Source: Eledone cirrhosa (Eukaryota). Taken from it: a stretch of DNA of 64,000 bases. The position numbers and the translations under genes were made by a program. Where the stretch lies: positions 301,258,001-301,322,000 of the forward strand of contig OZ024741.1 of assembly GCA_964016885.1 (NCBI GenBank), read 5' to 3'. A model generated the notes under the pieces. That model made no database searches, was not told where the DNA came from, and saw nothing but the letters and a program-made list of their open reading frames with translations. Shown in pieces: positions 41,613 through 56,524 of the stretch (positions within the stretch are counted from its first letter, which is position 1; each line of letters begins with the position of its first letter).

Positions 41613-41838
41613 GTAGAGAGATGGGGAGAGATGTAAAATCGCAAGCGGTTTCAGCTTGTGTGTTCAGCCAGAGTTTTCAAGGGAGTAGTCACACTCTAGA
41701 AAAGGCTTGGTGAAGACACAAGCCAAAACCGCTAGGCGCCGGGGCCGGGATTTTACATATCTCTATACCAACTCTGCATCACCCCTTGCGTTGAGTACTC
41801 CCATGATTAGTGATCTCCCCGGTCTCATCAGCACCGCA

Positions 41839-41950
<112 letters not shown>

Positions 41951-42507
41951 ATATATGGGGAGTGGTCTAGAGTTTTAATATTACCTGTTCACCACTGTTC
42001 GGCAGTTGATTTTGTATATTTATTACTAGGAAACCTGACACATAAGTATATTTCTACGTAATTATGTCGTTGGTAAATGAAATCATACATCAATATAGTG
42101 CTTCACTACTTAAATTTGATGAATTAATACTGACATTAGTGTATTTTGTACAAATGTAAAGTGTAGAGAATGACAGCTTTCTAAAAATTACTTTTCGTTG
42201 ACAAAAAATCATCAGGAATATAATAATTCAATGATAAGAATTTCTGTCAGGATTTTTCCACATGATAAAATAGCTAGAAGCAATCACGTATTAGGGAAGG
42301 TATATAGTCTTTGATATCAAACAAAAATCCTTATAAATGTTTGGACCATGTTAGTGTATAAAACAGGAATTTTGATCTAGGAAGACGAACATACATAATT
42401 TGAAATTCAGTTAGATTGCAGATTGCAATGCTTTGCGTAGGAGGGATTTACAGACATGAATAATTCAAATAATCAGAATTAATGCAAAACATGTTTTATA
42501 TATATAC

Positions 42508-42552
<45 letters not shown>

Positions 42553-42565
42553 AATATATATATTA

Positions 42566-42596
<31 letters not shown>

Positions 42597-42782
42597 TACA
42601 CACAGACACACATATATATGTATATATGTATATATGTATATACATATATACATATATGTATATACATATATGTATATACATATACATATATACATATATA
42701 CATATATACATATATACATATATATGTGTGTCTGTGTGTATATATATATAAATATTTATATTTATATTAATATATATATATT

Positions 42783-42927
<145 letters not shown>

Positions 42928-43362
42928 ATATACAAATATAAACATGCATATAGATATTTGTGTGGGGTCCATTCAATATTAATCAATAGAAATTGCACAT
43001 TTCAAAAGCATCACTCTTCAGAGAACGATATGAAATGTTATTGCTTATAATCAATTGATGTGCACGATAAAAGATTTCGATAATACATCAAAATATAAGT
43101 ACGTAATCAATCATATCAAACTGAACGATTTGAATTATGTAAATATATTCATCTAAATTGCTATATGTGAAAATGCATTTACTTATCTTGCAAAGAGGTA
43201 CATTTTCTGTTCCGTATATTGTTTACAAATATTGAAACATAAAAATCATTATTTCGAAAAACAACTCCACACATAAGCAAACACCTATTCAAACAGATGA
43301 CTATTTATCAATATATCAGCTATTTATTTCCCCCTATTTCTCTCTGCATATATATTTGTGTG

Positions 43363-43444
<82 letters not shown>

Positions 43445-43658
43445 AGTGTGTGCGTATTTGTGTGTGTCTGCTCGTATTGAGAAGAGGTTGCTACACCTGT
43501 AAATACACATATATATATTTATTTATTTATTTGTGTGTGGGGGTGGGTGTGTGTGTGTGTGTGTGTGCATGTGTGTGTGTGCATGTGTGTGCATGTATTG
43601 AGAAACGGTTTTACACCTGTAAATACACACATATATATATATGTATATTATATATGTA

Positions 43659-43692
<34 letters not shown>

Positions 43693-43699
43693 GTGGTAG

Positions 43700-44020
43700 A
43701 ACACTGGAAGGTTCTCAATATTAGGGTATAAATATTGAGTTTTGTCATAAGTTAATCACTACCTTGATTAAATCTTAACCATCTACCATGTCAGGGTATG
43801 TCATGTATCATTTTATTTTATCTGATGAGGACGTACTGTTGAACTTAATTCATTACCTCTGAAATATGTATAATAAAATATAATTGATCACAAGAATATC
43901 TATTTTGTTAATATTTGGAATTAATATTAATAGCTCTGGAAAATATTTTACTGTAGAGTGCTTCCAATCTATTGTAAAAACTCATTCTTTGATGTATTCA
44001 TTGAATCTTGTTTAACTCTG

Positions 44021-44022
<2 letters not shown>
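43700..44022 (+). mobile_element. Solo pLTR related to the Naiad family at 17300-19700
   Basis: 43920-44022 matches 17300-17400; HHR at 43814-43880; ends in (TA)n. Confidence 0.8.
43814..43880 (+). ncRNA. Type I hammerhead ribozyme
   Basis: tattttat-CTGATGA-gg..cctct-GAAA-tatgta-TA-ataaaata. Confidence 0.8.
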
Positions 44023-44061
<39 letters not shown>

Positions 44062-44129
44062 CACATTGAGCTTTAAAGTGTTCTTTGCCTTTATATGGTT
44101 GCGTTAGCAACTCATTTATATATATAAAA

Positions 44130-44189
<60 letters not shown>

Positions 44190-44192
<3 letters not shown>

Positions 44193-44535
44193 GATTGGTG
44201 CTCTGAAATAGCGATGTATACATGAATGTATGTATAGTATATATGGTAATATACCGTATGTTCTAATTTTTTCTGGACCGGCAATCGCTCGGTATGATCA
44301 GCTCCTGATTGTTACTGGAATTCTATAAGAATCCAGCTTCTATAATTTTCGGCGAAAGCAGGGAGTGCGTGTCTCTGATGATCGCCAACAGCGTGAAACA
44401 GACTGCTAGCTTCTCTCCCTTCTTTCGCCGTAAAGAAGTAAGTGACATAGTCACTACTTTAAAACCGATAGCCTATGGTCTTCAAAATGTTTTTACTTAA
44501 ACATACAGTATATTGCCGAATATACATACATTCAT
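44190..44535. repeat. Fold-back repeat family shared with 49340-49900
   Basis: gtgctctgaaatagcgatgta, ttctaattttt.ctggaccggcaa, aagtaagtgacatagtcactactt occur in both loci. Confidence 0.7.
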
Positions 44536-45358
44536 ATATATATATATATATGTTTACATGTATATATATGTTTACATTCATATATATATATATATATGTT
44601 TACATGTCTCGCTCGCTTCACCCTATTTTACTTGCCCCAATAACTTTATTTCGTTATTGCTCGCACCAACCAATATGATTTTTAAAGCGATGAAATACCA
44701 ATGAAGGTTGGAAGATCACTGATGAAGGACTAATTTTATTCATATGTAACCCATGTGCAACCACGCAGCACTCCATTTTTTTTATATTTATATTTATATA
44801 TATATATATATTTAATAATATATAGATTTTTTTTAATAATATATAGTTTTAATAATATATAGATTTTAATAATATATAGATCTCAATTTTAATGTATAGA
44901 TCTCAATAATTTAATTGATAATTTAATTGATAAACTAAACATTTAATCATATTTAAACACTGGATAAAATTCTCCAGTTATTATTATTTATTTATTTTCT
45001 ATTCACGCTTATTTACTCTTCCTAACTCATCCAATAAATATTTATTTTTTCACTTCATCTTAAAAGTTACCCTAATACAACAACCTATCACTTAGGGCTT
45101 CTCTTTCTCTTTCTCTTTCTCTTTCTCTTTCTTTCTTTTTTCTTCTCTTTCTCTTTCTCTTTCTCTTGTTTTCTTATTTTCCTCTTAGAGTTTGCTCTTT
45201 TTTCTCTTTTTCTCTTTTTCTTTTTTCTTTCCATACTTCAACGGCTTATTTAAGTCTACACTGATTTAAACATATCCGACACTTATTTGCATAATAGACT
45301 AAATAAATTTAATAACCCCACTATCCGGGAGCTTTATTTATAAAACTGATCTAAATTA

Positions 45359-45592
45359 TATTTTATCTGATGAAAGCACACAATAATTTAACTTGGTGTC
45401 CTTTAAATGTGTATATTGAAATAAATACGGTTTTATAAATATAGTTTCCATTTGTTAATATATCGTATTTCTACTCCAATAATTTGTTGAGTGCTTTATA
45501 TCAGTTATAAAAATTGTATCCCAATAATTTGTTGAGTGCTTTATATCAGTTATAAAAATTGTATCCCAACAATTTAAATAAAACTTCTACAT
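45359..45592 (+). mobile_element. Degenerate pLTR 3' end related to 8793-8990, with 46-bp tandem duplication
   Basis: tattttat-CTGATGA-aagcac..(TAAA)tgtgta; GAGTGCT twice (45489, 45534); ends in (TA)n. Confidence 0.6.
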
Positions 45593-47051
45593 ATATATAT
45601 ATATATATATATAATATATATATATATATATAAATGAGTTGATAACGCAACTATATAAGGACAAAGAACATTTTAAAGCTCAATGTGATTTTATAGTCCA
45701 CAGCAAGATAGGTAAAACACAGTTCATTTTCTCCCTCCAGTAGTATACCTTCAAGTTTTACATAACTTATTAAATTATTAATTAATTAACATTTTCTTCT
45801 GTAAGCATTTATTGTACCGTCTATCCACTCATATTATTGTATAAATAAGTTTCTTTTGAGATTAAAATGTTTTTAATCTGTTATAAGTCCTTCTGATATC
45901 TGTTATTGATAGAAACTTTTTAATCAACTTATTTTCTTGATAAACTCTTTAATAAATTTTAATAATGTTAATATTAGCTTTTCAATGTACATAATGAATT
46001 TATTGTTATTTCTATTTCTATATTATTTTGAATCTATTCTAGAATAAAGCTTAATAATTTTTTTAGAATTTCTTTAGTTTTGTAATTCATTAGCCCTAAA
46101 ATTTATTTAATAATTTGAAACTCTCCTTAAAAAAAAATTAAAAATTCATTCAATTAGGAATTCATTCATTTCTACCATTAACCGTTATTGATAGTTTCAA
46201 AAATCTTGTGTTGGATGATGTCGTTTGGAATTAATATATGACTTTCTCCATCCTAGTCTTTTATGTGGCACCTTTTTACAGATAATAGCAACTATTATAT
46301 ATTGGACTTTGCCAGTAATTTCATCATCTTTGATAATAACGATATTTTGATAGTTTAACGTCTATTTTGCTGACATTACCCATTGTAAGTATAAAGGACC
46401 ATCTGTATGATTAGAACTATAAAGGGAAGCTGAACTTCTTATTGTAGAAACATAGTATAAATGTACGTCGAAGATTACTGTTACATTCTTAAATTTAAGT
46501 TTATATTTGATCCATGCACTAGCTTTTATAAACTGTTGTATTGCCTGACTGTTGTACTGCTTGTACTGTGTGTAAATTTGTCAATGCTTGATATGCCTAA
46601 TTCCTTATAGCAAACCTTTTCTTTTTTCTTTTTCTTTTCTCTATATCAGCCTGTTTTTAATGCCTCTTGCTACTGATTCTTAATCATGTTTATATAATCA
46701 TGCTTTTCATGTGCTTCTTGTCTCCCTCTCTTAAATGTATGTTAACATCTATTATTTTAGCTTTCTTGCCATATATGGTATCCCAGAAATTTTCTTTAAC
46801 AAAGTTATCTGTGTTCTAACTTTTGATTTGTACTCCGATTAAACCGGCCTTGTGCTTGGATGAAAGGATTGTTAGTAATAGAATGTTATTAAACACTCTT
46901 TGATTGTTATTTATAAAGTATTCCGGCTCTGTATTATATTTGTTATTATTCATCGAGCTATTCTCATACTGGTAATTGGATAATATTAATATTACCCATA
47001 TTATTTATATATATGTATGTATTTATATATATATATAAATATATATATATA

Positions 47052-47311
47052 TAAAATACAATATGTTGAAAAGGTAACACACCAGAGATAGATATACAGT
47101 GCGTTATCAATAAAACGGGGGAAAAAACCACCAGTGTATGGAATCTATAATCTATGAAAGGCAGACTATAGACAATTTTTATTTACCGTGTCTATAGTCT
47201 GCCTTTCATAGGTTATAGATTCCATACACTGTTGGTTTTTTTCCCTGTTTTATTGATAACGCACTGTATATCTCTCTCTGGTGTGTTACCTTTTCAACAT
47301 ATTGTATTTTA
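47052..47311. repeat. Near-perfect fold-back (~120-bp arms, ~14-nt spacer)
   Basis: taaaatacaatatgttgaaaagg..ggcagactatagaca mirrored by tgtctatagtctgcc..ccttttcaacatattgtatttta. Confidence 0.9.
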
Positions 47312-47387
47312 AAGAGCTCAGGATCTCTTCTCCTTTGAGCACATTATTTACAGGGAATAGCGAGGGCCTATGCCTCCGTTAATTTAT

Positions 47388-47427
<40 letters not shown>

Positions 47428-47534
47428 CACGTTGCTCCTTCTACCTGGAGTTGCGACCAATAGATAGTATTCGCAATTGGAAAGACCAACGGAAACATTG
47501 TTCCCTCGGTCCGATTTGACGAAAGTCGATCGTT

Positions 47535-47598
<64 letters not shown>

Positions 47599-47695
47599 TA
47601 ACATAACAGATTCAAGTTTAAGCAAGGACTCGCTGCTTTCACCCTTAACGGGATCTTCTGATTCTGAAACTCATTTGAAACTCATAATATATATA

Positions 47696-47794
<99 letters not shown>

Positions 47795-47873
47795 TGTTGA
47801 AAGATGAACAAACAAAACACGGGGCAATTTTTACATAGTTGTATAAGGTTCACGCTTGGTGGAAGTGGAGGAG

Positions 47874-47911
47874 GTTTCAACGCTTCGGACAGATGTCCTT
47901 CTTCAGGAAAG
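47874..47911 (-). ncRNA. Poseidon/Penelope-style minimal hammerhead (G12-A15 box mutated to GAAG)
   Basis: tttc-CTGAAGA-a-ggaca-tc-tgtcc-GAAG-cg-TT-gaaa, ~80 nt from (TA)n. Confidence 0.6.
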
Positions 47912-48305
47912 TTCGGATAGAAGGAGAACAAAATCTCGAAGTTGTAAGGGGAAAAGGGAAGGAAATTAAAAAATGAAAGATAAAAAATAATTTTTTAAAT
48001 AATAAAAGTAATGGAGGGTATAGGTTCAGGGTGGATGGTAGGGGATGGCATGGTTGTGGTAGTGTATGTGTGTGGGTCGAAGGGAAGAAATGGGTAGAAT
48101 ACGGGGCTTCAAATTGCTCTCAGTGTTATATGAAGATAAGTCGGAAGGGAATTGGTTTTGTGTGTCTATGAGCGTATGTAAGTGTGTGTGTCTGTGTATC
48201 TGATGTTGATTGTATATTTTTTGTTGAGGAGAGTGCGACAATATGAGTGTACGTAATCTTAATAATTGTTTATTTTGTGCGTGGATTAAAATTGCACGTG
48301 TCTGA

Positions 48306-48421
<116 letters not shown>

Positions 48422-48519
48422 TCAGACACGTGCAATTTTAATTTTCTTGTTAGTTGAACGAAACGGTCGAAAGTCTTTATATGATATAATTTAAATCCTT
48501 GTTAATCTTGTTCTTTAAA

Positions 48520-48614
<95 letters not shown>

Positions 48615-49339
48615 TAAAATAACAGATTAAAGTTTAAGCAAAGAATCGCTGCTTTCACCCTTAACGGGATCTTTGCAATTTAGTCTTCAATTTTATTATT
48701 ATTACTATATATATATATATATATTTAAAGAACAAGATTAACAAGGATTTAAATTATATCATATAAATGACTTTCGACCGTTTCGTTCAACTAACAAGAC
48801 AATTACATCCCTGTTGGAATAAGCTGATCAGAATCGAGTAAATACAAATAATCTATACCATGCATGCTCATTAATTCCAGTAATAGGAGGGAAAAAGTAT
48901 ACATTCTAAACAAAAGCAATCAAATGTTATTGGGAAAATGTATGGAAACCTAAAGACGTAATTAAAATTGACCAGTGATAAAATGTAAAATATAGTGTAG
49001 AGTAATTATAGACATTCTACAAACAACCATACATTGATACATATATAAGTTCTAAAATGAGAAAATGTCAGTAAAATTACACTTATTAATTGAAGTTGCA
49101 AAATTAATATTAATAGAATATACTAACAAAAACTATACAGATTTATGGAAACATACAACAAGAATAAATAAATAATAAATAGAAGTTTTAGTTACTAAAA
49201 AACATTATAATTTAAAATATAATAAAAGAAATAGATTATTTTCAAAATCAAATACTGATTATTTATATAATATACGTCGATATAGATCCATATGTACAAT
49301 ATAAAATTAATAAATACATACATATATATATATATATAT

Positions 49340-49700
49340 TAGTATCAGTGCTCTGAAATAGCGATGTATGTATGAATGTATGTATAGTATATTTTATAAT
49401 ATACTGTATGTTTATTTGAAACATTTTGAAGACCATTCGCTATGAGTTTTAAGTAGTGACTATGTCACTTACTTTGTCTCGGCAAAAATAAAGGGAAGCA
49501 ACCGACAGCTGTTTCTCGTTTGTTAACGGTTGTCAACATTGCTTATCGTTTGCTTTCCTTTATTTTTGCCGAGACAAAGTAAGTGACATAGTCACTACTT
49601 AAAACTCATAGCGAATGGTCTTCAAAATGTTTTAAATAAACATACAGTATATTATTAAATATACTATACATACATCGTTATTTCAGAGCACTGATACTAT
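49340..49700. repeat. Fold-back repeat (~150-bp arms)
   Basis: tagtatcagtgctctgaaata..aaaaataaagg mirrored at ~49557-49699. Confidence 0.85.
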
Positions 49701-50531
49701 TTTCTAATTTTTGCTGGACCGGCAACTGCTCTACTTAATCAGCTCTTAAACATCACTGGAATTCTATAAGAATCCAACTTCGATAAGTCTCGGCAGAAGC
49801 AAGGGGATAAGCAATCTTAATAACCGATAACAAACGAGAAACAGCTGTCGGCTGCTTCTCTAACATAAAGTATATTATCAAATATACTATACATACATGT
49901 ATATATATATATTTATACTCGGATTTTTTCCTCGAGTGCTTAAATTATTTGTGACTAATCCCGGTTTTTTTAATAAAAAAACTGCGATAATATTGCATTT
50001 TGCTGAACTCCTTACTGTAGAGTTTTTTTTCGGAATGCTTTTGACTGCTGTTTCTTGTAAACAAACATTCGTCTCATTCTGACGTCAATAGCCATGTATT
50101 TCCTCATGTGCGTTTTTCATAATCACGCATGATGTTGAACTGGCCAGCTTTAGAATTCCCTTTTTGGCATATTAATCTGTGAGAATCCTGGTTATCGAGT
50201 TGAGCTCTGCTGATGATGAACTCCAACCGTGACCATCTCCACTAAAAGTTTTCATGAAATAGTCTTTAAGACTATACAGAGCATTTGAAGTTTTTCCAAA
50301 TTGAAGGATAAGTATTTTGAACTTTATTTTATCATGAGTTAAGGCTCTATTGATTTTTCCCTGGATTTCACTAAATTCTGTGGATGAATTTATATCCTGA
50401 TTCTATTTGAGATGAGTTTAAATTATTTTTCCCACATCTTACGTTAACTATTTTTCCCATTTTGACGCTATAGTCACTTATATATTATGGAATGGTGTTC
50501 GCTTTTCGCTGCAGTGTTTTCTATACCTTTC

Positions 50532-50571
<40 letters not shown>

Positions 50572-50699
50572 AATAAGATTTTATTTTATATGCTCTTTGG
50601 AAAATCCTCAAAAAGCTTGGCATACCTGATAATAGGGTAAATGTTATCATGTCTTTTCATAAATCATCATCACCTATGATGTATCAGAGGTATATCCCT

Positions 50700-51300
50700 G
50701 AAAAGGAAAGTTATAGTTTATTGTGCACTGATACTGATTACGCCTTTATACAACCGACATTTTATCGCACTCACATTTATAAGTTTGATGCCTTCCACAA
50801 ATATTGTATTCGCTCTATTTTGTGGTAATGCACTTTCTAACAGCATCTCCAATGCCGATCTGTTCACAAAGTACAACATCCGTTGGATAGATGCATTTCT
50901 GATGCAATCTCATGTCAAGTGAGCTGGTCATGTCCTACAGAATATTGAGGACCGCTCACGCAAAGTGCTTTTAAGCAGCCAACTTCATAATGGAGCACGT
51001 ATTGTAGGCGGACAATTACTCAGATATAAAGACAAACAGAAGTACAATGTTAAATCTATGAACATACTTCTTATTTCTTTAGAATCGCTAATTGCCGACC
51101 TTGGAAATTGAAGATCTGTCTTCCATTTTGGTATAAAGAACTTTGAAAAATCTCGTCTGGTCTATCTTCGTGATTTAAGATCTAACACTAAGATCGAAGA
51201 TCTATGATCTGACACCAAACCTTCTTATCCGCTCCACTCAAAATCGGCTGTATTAAATGTGGCTTAATGTGTAAACTAGTGCCATTTGAGGCACAAGCAT
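50700..51300 (+). pseudogene. RTE-clade LINE RT C-terminal remnant
   Basis: Reads *AGHV..EDRSRKVLL..QLHNGARIVGGQLLRYKDK across disablements. Confidence 0.65.
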
Positions 51301-51387
51301 AAAAATTAACTGAGAAGACTGTTGAGCTCTCATACTAACGTGAGATTATATCATATCGTGTGGCTGTGTGTGAAAAAGAGAGAGAGT

Positions 51388-51422
<35 letters not shown>

Positions 51423-52250
51423 GTATGCGTCTGTGTGAGGGGTGGGGTGGGGGGCTACAGGTTTATTTCCATGCCGATTCTTTTTATCATAATATAACAG
51501 CACCTGTATATAAGAATGTACATTAAAATCTTTCACGTTATAAAATGAATTATGAAACTAAATTATGTAAGAAGAAAATATGCACATATATATACGTAAT
51601 AGAATGATATGTGGAGGTATGTGTGTTCCGTTTACAACATGTATTTAGGTGTTGAACTGCGTGTTTATTTGAAAGGCAAATATAAATATATAGAGGATAT
51701 AGCAGCCAAGATATTTTGTATTTTAGTGAAATATTTTCTGTTTGTGTAAGCAAAAATTCATGTTTTGAATTGATTTATTATTCATTTCAAACAAAATTTG
51801 CATTAATTTAATGGAATTTACGCAGTAATATATGTAACAATATACACATTCTTTATCTATTTCAATATTTATATTCTTATGAGCTCCAGAAGCCCAAAAC
51901 CATACCAGATGTTTAAATGCGTTTATGAGTGTGCGTGGTGTAGGGGCGTAAAAGTGTGTGTATGTGCGTAGCCCCAGGTTGTGTGTATGCTTATTTGGAT
52001 ATCGTGTGTATGAATACATTTTAGAGATAATCTTAAAATTAGAAACGGATAAATCACATTGTGACAAAAATAAAACACACACACATATACATACAGATAT
52101 ATGTGTGTGTCCGCGCGTTAAATTATTGAAGATGATTATTTATTTGAAAATATTTAATACGTTTCTTTGACTGTATTATAACAATGAATTTGTATCAGTT
52201 ATATATATATATAAGTGTGTGATGTATATATATATATATATATAAGTGTG

Positions 52251-52346
<96 letters not shown>

Positions 52347-52374
52347 GTATATATATATCTTTATATACATATAT

Positions 52375-52415
<41 letters not shown>

Positions 52416-52899
52416 TTTTCTTTGCGTATCTATAAACATTCCTTATTTATTAGCAGTGAAAAACTGCTTAGTGAAATTGGACATCGTATGTCATTTTCCT
52501 GTAAATGTAATATCTCATGCATCACTGCCTAACTAAACATTAAAAAAATTACGTTACAAAATTATATACATATATATAAATTCACCTAAATATGTATGTG
52601 TATATGTGCGTATGTAGGTAAATGTTTGTGCGTGTAAATATTTGCGTACACAAGTAATATTTACAATAATACAGGTTTTACGTCCATATATGTATACTGT
52701 TATAGGGAGAGGGGAGTGTTTGAATATTGTTTCACTTTCCTGTATATTTTTATTAGGTTTACATCTCAGGTATAAGTTGGCGCGTCAAAGTGATTTCATT
52801 AATGGGCACATAGGTAGAAATATCCAATTGAATAATAGGTTCGAAAAGAGGTTTGGATCATGCAAAATACGATATTTACGTTAATATAAATCAAATTTC

Positions 52900-54000
52900 A
52901 GGATTCCAGACTGATCAGCAAGAATCTGCGTAGTGTAAACTAATTGTTATGGCATTTTTATAGGTCACTCGAATCATCGAGGTTTTAGATGGATTTTAAC
53001 AGAAACCCACCAATAGGGTTTATTAACTCCACCAAGTCAGACATCGGATAAATAAACAAACAACTATTTGACTGCATTATACTTAACGTTAAGAAGCACT
53101 CCCAACTGAATCTATGGATCAAACCGGTAGAAATATTCGACCGGTTCCCAAGGGCTGGTAATAAGGGGAAAACGGGATTCCTTCAATTCGACATAGACAA
53201 CTACTATACCCCAATCACTCTGCCCTTGGTGAATAGAGCCTTAGAGTGTGCCAAGACTTTTACTCTGCTAGAGCACTCAATGTAAGACATTTTGCACGTT
53301 TGATCTTGGATTATACATCCTATCTAAACTGAAAACTCGTTTAACACTTGTCGATGGCGGATGTGTATCACGCCATTGGCTCTTTCGCCCTGAGTTACTG
53401 TAGCTGCCACTTAACCGAACAAATAAGGAAATAACTCATAGAGTTCTTCAGGGAACTCGGATTGATAATAGCAACCCAACGCCAACTAAGCTCAGTCGAC
53501 TTCCTTGATCTTACCCTGAACATAAATAATGGTTTAAACCACCCATATGAGGGAAATATGACTCTTCAACACATAAATAAAACGACAACCACCCACTGTT
53601 AGTTCCAAATTAACTACCGGAAATGTAGCCATCTGAATATCTCGGTAGTCTGCAAACGAGCAGGTTTTCAGACAGAATGCACCTTACTACAAATACGCCC
53701 TATGTCGAAATGAATTTCAGCAAGAATTTTAATGCATCGGACTCCATAAGGCACACAGCCACCGACAAAACCTGAACTATAGGATAACATGGTATAACAC
53801 ACCCTACAACGCTGAAGTCGCGACACTTCCTACCACAGTTAAGTTATCACAAAATCGTTTATAAGAAGACTGTGAAGCTGTCGTACTCGAATACGACCAA
53901 CATTTTTCCAAAGTATCGCTGCATCAAACAAGCTTAAAAACAATATACATCATCTGTTGAGACGGGCATATATGTATTGCAAGAATAAGTCCCGGCTGAC
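52900..54000 (+). pseudogene. Highly decayed Naiad-type PLE RT
   Basis: NLWIK, FLQFDIDNYY, DFLDLTL, RITWYNTPYN, TVKLSYSNTTN remnants. Confidence 0.75.
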
Positions 54001-54790
54001 CGCTTTGTGGTGGGATTTGGTTTTGTTTTCGTCGCCTTCCGTGATGTCTAATTGGAAGTTGGGAATGGGATGATCTGGTGTCTTTGGTATGTTCTTCGGT
54101 GAAACGTATATGGTCGACCGTTTTGTCTAATTCGTTGAATATCCTTCCCATGTTTTGATGTGAGTATCATGATATTATCTAATTATCTCATCAAAATAGT
54201 CCATGAACGTGATCGCCAGTATATCCGACAGATTTTATCCCATTGGTAGGTCTGATGTCTGTCGGTATATGTGGCTGAGGAAATTGATATAAGAGTTGTT
54301 AAGGATGGCAGATAGAAGAAGGTAGATGTAGGTAGTCGTAAGTGCAAAACATGCACGTTGACTAACAAGAGACATTCTTCCAACAGCTGGGAGTGCGGGT
54401 AGCGTAATGAATAAAGATACGGTGTTAAGGCTGAAGGTATACTAGTTTTGTTTGAGGAACAATATTTGGCAACAAACTAACGACCAACCACCATCTATCC
54501 CATCTCCCATGCCACAACCGAACTATCTATTGGCCGAAGCTACACCAACAAAATCAGATTACCAAGTTTTATCTACGACTAGGCTACTACTACAACCAGC
54601 AACACCACCACCCCAGTGGAACAAGAATTACTACCTTCTGAAACTGCTACCCACTGAGATCTGCACGCGTATGAAGTGTTCACGTGGCTCTCAATAGCAA
54701 ACATAACGCAGGTTATACGGCGTCTAACTGTACTTTCCCGAAATGTCCTTTGATAATGAATAGCAAAACCTGAAATATATCAGGAATACA
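54000..54790. mobile_element. PLE fragment: inverted RT piece then 3' region with HHR-like motif (54746-54785)
   Basis: DHIRFTEEH on minus; tcct-TTGATAA..GAAA-tata-TC-agga on plus (stem II weak). Confidence 0.45.
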
Positions 54791-55721
54791 AAGTTTACAA
54801 GATCTGTCGTTTCTCGTTCTATATTTCTTTTCTTTTGTCTTTCCGTTCATCAATACTTCTCTTGTCCTGCTTTGTTGATTCAATATTTACAACCACGTCT
54901 CAACTGTAGTCTCTTCCTCAAGATATCGACTTTTCATGTATGAATAATTATAAGTAAATATATTCATGCAAGCCTGAATCAGTTATAGACATAAGGTATA
55001 TATATATATATATATATTATGAAAATCATTCCGAAATAGGATTTGACAAACGCTGTTGATTTGTAAGTAATATTTGTGAGATACTCGTTTATGTAGTGAT
55101 TTACTGCAGGATATAATTACTGTAAAACGAGAATATTGCCTATTCATTCCTGTTCTATTGGGTTAATATTGAATACATAATTTTATGCATAACCTGATAT
55201 AGGATGATTTATAGAAATCAATAGAATTTCAAAGAAATGAATCATATTTGAAATTGTGTTCAAATTTCCCTGGCAGTTATCAAACCATTAACAAAATATA
55301 TTATTAACGAAATATATATTATATAAGTAAAACTGATATAATATATTTCATGAATTTAATTATATTTTATTATCAATAATAATCTTGAAATATATTTTAT
55401 AGGATTTATTTCATTTCAGGGTGAATTTTCTATTAATCAAATGATAGAACATAAAGTTATTAGATACTTTCCTGTTCCCAAACAAGAGGTAACTTTCTAA
55501 GATTATTAATATATGAATAATTATTGGTGTTTCTAATCGTTTTTTGTTTCCGTTATTGAATTCGAGTGCCAATAATTTTCTTCCTCTGTCAGAAGTTTTG
55601 TACAAAATAATACTAGAATATTAGATTATATTTTGTTGCGTTTATGTTTTAGTTTGTTGCTCATCAGTATTCTAATATGGGATTATACAGTATCGAAAAA
55701 CATAACTATCTAAATAATAAT

Positions 55722-55898
55722 TGTTTCTACTGTTGGCACAAGGCCAGCACATACCCAGTACATTACTGGTACTTTATTTAATCGACCCCGTAAGGATGAA
55801 AGGCAAAGTTAACCTCGACGGGATTTGAACTCAGACGGTAAAGGGACGTAACTATGCTAGAAAGCATGGCGTCGAACCCTCTACCGATACTGCTAATT
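55722..55898 (-). mobile_element. tRNA-derived SINE with ~11-bp TSD
   Basis: Reverse complement of the 20566 family; taaataataat on both sides. Confidence 0.85.
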
Positions 55899-56299
55899 TA
55901 AATAATAATATCTTCGAGACTGTCTAATTACATGTTTAATAATAAATTTGTCCTTGATATTTCTCTCCTTTTCTACACCTCCAAGGCATTTATAGTCCTT
56001 ACCTTCTCTTTCCTATACAGCCAGATCTGCCCTTCTTTACTCCTTTCCTTTTTTTTCGATACTTAATTTTCTTTTATCTTTTTTTTAATATTTTCACCAT
56101 TCTATAACTTTTGTTTGCAAAATATAGTTGACATAAAATAATGAAATATTGAAAATTAAGTATAATACTGTGAGTGTGATTATTATATCAAACTTAAAAT
56201 CCAATCAACAGTTGATTCGTTACAAATCATTTAAAAGTCTATTATTATATAATGATAGAAGTTATTAGATAGAGATGAATAAGCTGAATTATTAGAGCA

Positions 56300-56435
56300 T
56301 CGGGAAAATGCTTATTGGCATTTGTTCCATTTTTTTATATTCAGAGTTCAAATCCTGTCGCGGTCAGGTCAAGTTTGCCTTTCATCATTCCGATTTGGAT
56401 AAAATGAAATATCAATCAATTTAATCAACTTACCC
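56300..56435 (+). mobile_element. Older, degenerate copy of the tRNA SINE
   Basis: gagttcaaatcc..tttgcctttcatcattcc..gataaaat. Confidence 0.55.
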
Positions 56436-56524
56436 CGCGCCTCAACAATACTATTAGATATCAGACGGGAGATAAATGTGAATTTAAACATATAAACACC
56501 AATAGTATCGTACATAAACTAATA

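Noticed and set aside
44715-44760. CTGATGA as a hammerhead (also 38090 on -, 50209, 60830)
   Set aside because: No matching GAAA-stem III-UH and stem I partner could be found
45700-46990. Possible decayed LINE or host exon
   Set aside because: No ORF or motif I can support
49950-50450. Possible transposase remnant
   Set aside because: Coding-like composition but no recognisable catalytic motif
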